Below, in pieces: positions 7,235 through 11,919 of a stretch of DNA of 11,919 bases. The stretch's first letter is position 1. Every line of letters starts with the position of its first letter. The position numbers and the translations under genes are program-made. The DNA is from Candidatus Fervidifonticultor quintus (GTDB lineage Bacteria; Sysuimicrobiota; Sysuimicrobiia; Sysuimicrobiales; Humicultoraceae): assembly GCA_031459535.1 (NCBI GenBank), contig JAVKIJ010000002.1:61841-73759 (forward strand), given 5' to 3'. Under the pieces are notes generated by a model, which worked only from the letters and a program-made list of their open reading frames with translations, was not told the DNA's origin and ran no database searches.

Positions 7235-8185
7235 CTACCACTTGTGCACGAGGGCGAAAACCGCCACAACCCAGAGACCAACGGTGGCCAGCAGGGGAGG
7301 ATCCTTCAGCATCAGCTCTTCCGGACTACCACGATTGCTTTGCAAGTACACTAAGTACAGGTAGCGGAAAAGCCCGTAGACCACAAGAGGTGCTGTAAGA
7401 TACAGCGCCTTTGCCGACGAGCCCTCCATCGTGTAGAGCAGATAGGCCAGCAGCGTTGCTGCGGACAGCATGGCCACCATCTGGTCCAGAAGGGCTTGCG
7501 AATATCCGGCCAGGACCTCCCGTCTCTCTTCTTCCGGCAGGATGAGAATCTCATGGCGCCGTTTTCCCGCTGCCAAGAGCAACGACAGCAACGGAACGCA
7601 AACGAGGAACCAGGGGGACATGACGATGCCAGCGGCAAGCGCGCCGCCCACCGGGCGCGCAACGAACCCGAACGCAATCACCATGATGTCGACCAGCGGG
7701 ATATACTTGAGGCGCACGGAGTAGGCCAAGCAAAACGCCAGGTAAAGACCCACGGCGACGCCCAGTCCCGTCCGCGCGGCGAAGGCAATGCTCAGGGCGC
7801 CTGCCGCAAGAATCCCGGCCAGAGCCAGGGCCTGCGCGGGGCTCACCACTCCGGCCGCGACCGGCCGATTTCGCTTGACCGGGTGCCTCCGGTCAGCTCG
7901 AACGTCCAGGACGTCATTACATGCGTACACCGCAGAGGCTGCCAATGTGAAGGCTGCGAAGGCCTTTGCGGCAGCCTGGAACGTCCAGGGATCCAGAACA
8001 CGGCCAGCGAACAAAGGCGCAGCAAACACGAGGAAGTTCTTCCCCCAATGCACTGGACGCATCAGGCGGACGAACGCCCAGAGCGTGCCCTTCCTCAAGA
8101 CAGGTATCCGCGGAACGAGCTGGGCGACCACCGGCAAGAATGCCTGCCCTCGACTCTTACTGGCAGTTCCTGCTGTCGGTCTCAC
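7235..8185 (-). CDS. UbiA-superfamily decaprenyl/polyprenyl-phosphate 5-phosphoribosyltransferase (DPPR-synthase-like)
   Basis: Motifs MRPVHWGKNFLVFAAP, YACNDVLDVRADRRHPVKRNRPVAAG, YSVRLKYIPLVDI, GKRRHE, YGLFRYLYL and GSPEELMLKD, characteristic of the Rv3806c-like branch. GTG start preceded by GGGGGTG. Confidence 0.9.
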   Translation of the reverse strand: MRPTAGTASKSRGQAFLPVVAQLVPRIPVLRKGTLWAFVRLMRPVHWGKNFLVFAAPLFAGRVLDPWTFQAAAKAFAAFTLAASAVYACNDVLDVRADRRHPVKRNRPVAAGVVSPAQALALAGILAAGALSIAFAARTGLGVAVGLYLAFCLAYSVRLKYIPLVDIMVIAFGFVARPVGGALAAGIVMSPWFLVCVPLLSLLLAAGKRRHEILILPEEERREVLAGYSQALLDQMVAMLSAATLLAYLLYTMEGSSAKALYLTAPLVVYGLFRYLYLVYLQSNRGSPEELMLKDPPLLATVGLWVVAVFALVHKW

Positions 8186-8284
8186 TAGGAAGACACCCCC
8201 TACACCACCTGACGGTACGGGTCTTCACGCCGGAAACCGCTCTCGATTTCGCACCTCGCTCTCGCCGCACCGGCTCCACCCGCG

Positions 8285-8893
8285 CTACCGAATTCCCAAC
8301 AACCACGCCGCCATCTTCATGTACTCGCCCCGCACCAGAGCCCGATCCTGGTCGCGCGTCCACCATCCGCGCACATCGAAGAAACTCCCGTCCGCCGCAT
8401 AGACCTGGAGTGCCAACCCCCTGGGCCGGAACTCCGCGCGGAAGATCACCGCGGCCCGTCGGGTGTGATACGGCGAGGTCACCAGGATCGCCCGCTTCCA
8501 CCCATGGCGCTCCATCAGGCGTGCGCTGTGCCTGGCGTTGTCCTGGGTGCTGGTAGATTGATCGTCCAGCACGACCCTGTCCTGCGGTGCACCGGCCTGC
8601 ACCGCCACCCTTGCCATCTCCGCCGCCGCTCCCCCGCGCGCGGCGCCTGCCCGGCTGCCGCTGACAATCATCCAGGGCGCGAACCCTCGTCGCAGTAGCA
8701 CCGCCGCCGTTCGGGCACGCTCCCCCGTGCCGTCTCCGCTGATCGCGATCACCACATCCGCCGGACGCAGCGGGTCGCGGATCACGAGGAAGTCGCCCGC
8801 GGCCTGGAGGCCGAAGGGGGTGCTCAGCGCCCAGGCGGCGAGCGTCAGCACCAGACCCAGGCCGACGAGGGGCGGAATCCACGCGCGCCTCAC
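8285..8893 (-). CDS. YdcF / DUF218 (ElyC/SanA-like) membrane-anchored protein
   Basis: N-terminal TM helix; motifs ADVVIAISG, IVSGS, STSTQDNA, LVTSPYHTRRA and EYMK. GTG start overlaps the upstream TGA (GTGA, 8890-8893). Confidence 0.9.
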   Translation of the reverse strand: MRRAWIPPLVGLGLVLTLAAWALSTPFGLQAAGDFLVIRDPLRPADVVIAISGDGTGERARTAAVLLRRGFAPWMIVSGSRAGAARGGAAAEMARVAVQAGAPQDRVVLDDQSTSTQDNARHSARLMERHGWKRAILVTSPYHTRRAAVIFRAEFRPRGLALQVYAADGSFFDVRGWWTRDQDRALVRGEYMKMAAWLLGIR

Positions 8894-10821
8894 CGTCTCG
8901 CTTCGGCCACCGGGGTTCCACGGACACCCGATGTGACCATGGGCGGGGTGCTCACAACAGACAGGCGCGCAATGCGCTCCAGCACGGCACGGACTCCGGC
9001 GCCGTCCATGACTCTGACCAGCCGCTCGAGCTCGCGCAGCGCCAGCCGCAGCGTGACTTCGTCCACAGACTCCGCGGACTCGACGGCCAGGATGCGCTCG
9101 AAGTCCGTCGCCACCGGCCGCTCAGTGGCGGTCACCAGCTCTTCCTCGAGCTTCTCGCCGTCCCTGATGCCGCTGTACACGATGGGGATGTCTCGGTCCA
9201 CCTCGAGCCCCGACAGCCTGATCAGCTCCCGCACCACGTCCAGCACCCGGACGGGCTCGCCCATGTCCAGCATGAACAACGCTTCCGGCCTCCGCATCAA
9301 CGGCGTCTGGAGCACGAGCAGGACGGCCTCCGCGATGCTCATGAAGTACCGAACCATGTCGGGATGCGTGATGGTCACCGGTCCCCCGCGGCGGATCTGC
9401 TCCTGGAGCAGGGGGATGAGGCTCCCGCGGCTGCCGAGCACGTTGCCGAACCGCACGGCGACAAAGCGAGTCTTCCCCCGTCGTCCCAGCGCCTGGGTCA
9501 GCAGCTCGCCGACGCGCTTGGAGGCCCCCATGACGCTGGCGGGGTTCACGGCCTTGTCTGTGGAGATGAAGACGAACGTCCCGACATCGGCGCCAAGCGC
9601 CGCCTCGCTCACGTTGAGCGTCCCGAAGACATTGGTCTTGACGGCTTCTTCGACGTCGCGCTCCATCAGGGGTACATGCTTGTAGGCCGCAGCGTGGAAG
9701 ACCACATGGGGCCGCACGGTGCGCATCAGGTGGTCAACACGGGCCTCGTCGCGCACGTCCGCCAGGGTGATCTGCAGCGGAACAGCACTCAGTACCCCCC
9801 GCAGCTCCTGATCGAGCTCGAACAGCCCAGTCTCGTTGATGTCGGCCGCCACGATGCGGTCAACCTCGAAGCGCAGGAGCTGGCGCACGAGTTCCGACCC
9901 GATGGACCCCGCCGCCCCGGTGACCAGCACGCGCTTTGCACGATAGTAGGCCCGCAGGGCATCGTAGCGGACCTGGACAGGGGGGCGGCCCAGCAGATCC
10001 TGTACGTTGACCTCCCGGATGTCTCTCAGCGTCAGCCGCCCCGACAACCACTCGTGCATCCCCGGCAGGATCTTCACCGACCGGATCCCGGTCTTGCGCA
10101 CGTCCTCCACGATATCCCGCAGGCGCTGAGGCGGCGCCGAGGGGATGGCGATGAGGACCTGCTCCACGGCGCGCTCCCTGATCACCCGGGCCAGCACGTC
10201 TCGTCCCCCGAACACCCGCAGCCCCAGCACATACGCTCCCCGTTTTGCGGGGTCGTCATCCACGAAACCCACGAGATGGTACGCGCTTCCGCCCGCATCC
10301 TGGATGGTCTGGGCGATCCTGGTCCCCGCGGCGCCTGCGCCCACGATGAGCAGGCGCGTGCCGTTCCGCCGGGCTCCACGACCGCGCAGGGTGTTGCGCT
10401 GGAGTTCCCAGATCCGGCGCGAGGCCCGGAAGGCGGTCACGCCCACCATGGTCAGGATCCAGTCCATCAGCAGCACCGACCGGGGAGCGATGCGGAAGGC
10501 CTCGACCGACCGCAGCAGCAGGAACAGCGCGCTCGTGGTCAACAGGGCCAGCGTGTTGGCCTTGACCACGTTGAGCATCTCCGTGATGCTCACGGTCCGC
10601 CAGGTCATCTGGTACAGGCGGAAGAGGCTCTGCCAGGCCAGCTTCGCCGGGATCAAGACGGCCAGCAGGAGCGGAATAGCCGCCAGGTAGCGCGGTGGAA
10701 TACGCCCGTCGAAGCGAATCAGGAACGCAGCCCACAGCGCCCCGCACCAGACGAACAGGTCGCCGGCCAAGAACACGGCCGCCCGGACAGCAGGCGTCGG
10801 CCGAATGTCAAACGCGCGCAT
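8890..10821 (-). CDS. Membrane-bound nucleoside-diphosphate sugar 4,6-dehydratase (PglF/CapD/WbpM type)
   Basis: Four N-terminal TM helices; linker domain IVGAGAAG..VGFVDDDPAK; catalytic SDR domain DLLGR, VTGAAGSIGSEL, FHAAAYKHVP, STDKAVNP, MGASK, VRFGNVLGSRGS and RYFMSI. Start is ATG 10821 or TTG 10830 (GGAGG at 10834-10838), overlapping the upstream gene. Confidence 0.96.
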   Translation of the reverse strand: MRAFDIRPTPAVRAAVFLAGDLFVWCGALWAAFLIRFDGRIPPRYLAAIPLLLAVLIPAKLAWQSLFRLYQMTWRTVSITEMLNVVKANTLALLTTSALFLLLRSVEAFRIAPRSVLLMDWILTMVGVTAFRASRRIWELQRNTLRGRGARRNGTRLLIVGAGAAGTRIAQTIQDAGGSAYHLVGFVDDDPAKRGAYVLGLRVFGGRDVLARVIRERAVEQVLIAIPSAPPQRLRDIVEDVRKTGIRSVKILPGMHEWLSGRLTLRDIREVNVQDLLGRPPVQVRYDALRAYYRAKRVLVTGAAGSIGSELVRQLLRFEVDRIVAADINETGLFELDQELRGVLSAVPLQITLADVRDEARVDHLMRTVRPHVVFHAAAYKHVPLMERDVEEAVKTNVFGTLNVSEAALGADVGTFVFISTDKAVNPASVMGASKRVGELLTQALGRRGKTRFVAVRFGNVLGSRGSLIPLLQEQIRRGGPVTITHPDMVRYFMSIAEAVLLVLQTPLMRRPEALFMLDMGEPVRVLDVVRELIRLSGLEVDRDIPIVYSGIRDGEKLEEELVTATERPVATDFERILAVESAESVDEVTLRLALRELERLVRVMDGAGVRAVLERIARLSVVSTPPMVTSGVRGTPVAEARR

Positions 10822-11919
10822 GGGCCCCAATCGCCTCCCTCAACGCCTCGACGACCTGATGCACTTCTGCTTCGGAGAGGGCGTTGTAATAGGGCAGAGC
10901 CAGCGTCCGCCCGGCCACGTCCTCGGCCACCGGAAACTGCCCGGCGCAAAACCCTCGCGCCCGGAAGTACGGCTGGAGGTGAATGGCGGGGAAATAGGGC
11001 TTGGCCGACACGCCCCGCTGCGCCAGATGGCGGATCACCGCGTCACGGTCCACGCCGGGCCGCAGGCGGACGACGTAGACGAACCAGGCCACCCGGGCCC
11101 AGGAGGCCGATCGGGGGCGCTCGACACCGTCGAGGCCGGCAAGTGCCTGGTCGTACCACCGGGCGACCTGCGCGCGCCTGGCCAGCAGCTCGGGCAACCG
11201 CCGTAGTTGCGCCAGTCCCAGGGCAGCAGAGAGCTCGTCCATGCGGTAGTTGAACCCCATGATCTCGTGCTCCAGCCACTCGGCCCCTGGCCGCCGCCCC
11301 TGGTTGCGCGCCATGCGACAGTAGGTGGCGATCTGGTCGTCGTCGGTGACCACCATGCCGCCCTCACCGGTCGTGATCTGCTTGTTGGGGTAGAAGGCGA
11401 AGACCGCGGCATCCGCCAGGACCGCTTCGTTGACCCACCCGCCCCGGACGCGGGAGTAATAGGCGGATCCCAGGGCCTCACAGGTGTCGTGGACGATCCA
11501 CAGGCCGTGGGCACGGGCCACCGCGAGCAGGCCGTCCATGTCTACAGGGTGCCCGAACACCGACACCGGCAGGATGCCCACCAGGGGCGCGCCGGTCGTC
11601 CGCCGCACGAGGCCTCCGCCTTCACGCCAATACTCGCGGGCGATCGCCGCCTCGACGCCCTCCGGGGTGATGTTGAGCGTCTGCGGATCGATGTCCACAA
11701 ACGCCGGCGTCGCGTGCTCGAAGAGCACCACGTTGGCGGTGGCCACGAAGCTGAAGGGCGTGGTGATGACCTCGCAGCCGGGTCGAATCCCAAGCGCCCG
11801 CACAGCGAGGTGTAGGCCGCAGGTGCCGTTGGTGACGGCCACGGCGTGGCGAACGCCCACCAGTCGGGCGAAGGCCGCCTCGAACTCCTCGACCTTGGGC
11901 CCCATGCTCAAGAAAGGAG
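10808..11919 (-). CDS. DegT/DnrJ/EryC1/StrS-family PLP-dependent sugar aminotransferase, 5'-truncated
   Basis: Motifs GPKVEEFE, VTNGTCGLHL, TTPFSFVATAN, DTCEALG, FYPNKQITTGEGG (PLP lysine) and GFNYRMDE. The frame stays open to the window edge (..PFLSMGPK), so the true start is probably outside the window. Confidence 0.95.
   Translation of the reverse strand, partial: PFLSMGPKVEEFEAAFARLVGVRHAVAVTNGTCGLHLAVRALGIRPGCEVITTPFSFVATANVVLFEHATPAFVDIDPQTLNITPEGVEAAIAREYWREGGGLVRRTTGAPLVGILPVSVFGHPVDMDGLLAVARAHGLWIVHDTCEALGSAYYSRVRGGWVNEAVLADAAVFAFYPNKQITTGEGGMVVTDDDQIATYCRMARNQGRRPGAEWLEHEIMGFNYRMDELSAALGLAQLRRLPELLARRAQVARWYDQALAGLDGVERPRSASWARVAWFVYVVRLRPGVDRDAVIRHLAQRGVSAKPYFPAIHLQPYFRARGFCAGQFPVAEDVAGRTLALPYYNALSEAEVHQVVEALREAIGAHARV

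Noticed and set aside
7235-8185. Annotation as quinone-biosynthesis 4-hydroxybenzoate polyprenyltransferase (ubiA)
   Set aside because: The RPxxWxKN, DxxHPxKxxRP and KRRxE motifs and the glycan-locus context fit the phosphoribosyltransferase branch instead.
9364-11253. 629-aa plus-strand ORF
   Set aside because: Antisense shadow of the dehydratase and aminotransferase genes; no motifs; long stop-free antisense frames are expected in high-GC coding DNA.
11909-11911. TTG start given by the track for the aminotransferase
   Set aside because: The frame is open to the edge and family members normally have additional N-terminal residues before the GPxVxxFE motif, so the gene is treated as truncated.
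1-11919. CRISPR arrays, tRNA/rRNA genes, transposases/integrases, defence systems
   Set aside because: No spaced direct repeats, RNA-gene signatures, terminal inverted repeats or relevant protein motifs were seen.

Overview
High-GC bacterial window that is almost entirely a cell-surface polysaccharide/glycoconjugate locus, read mostly on the minus strand. From right to left: a 5'-truncated DegT/DnrJ/EryC1/StrS aminotransferase, a PglF/CapD/WbpM-type membrane-bound UDP-GlcNAc 4,6-dehydratase, a YdcF/DUF218 protein, a UbiA-family polyprenyl-phosphate phosphoribosyltransferase (DPPR-synthase-like), a polytopic GT-C-like membrane protein (DUF6798-like), an unknown helical protein, a GT4 glycosyltransferase, and an exported Pro/Thr-linker + G8 + beta-helix protein (CEMIP/TMEM2/fibrocystin-like). 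Next come a plus-strand GT2 and, divergent from it, a SAM methyltransferase that runs off the left edge and is missing from the ORF track. The most notable unannotated signal is a well-formed c-di-GMP-I (GEMM-I) riboswitch at about 3613-3702 (minus strand) in the leader of the G8/beta-helix gene. All family calls come from motif recognition by eye; no searches were run.
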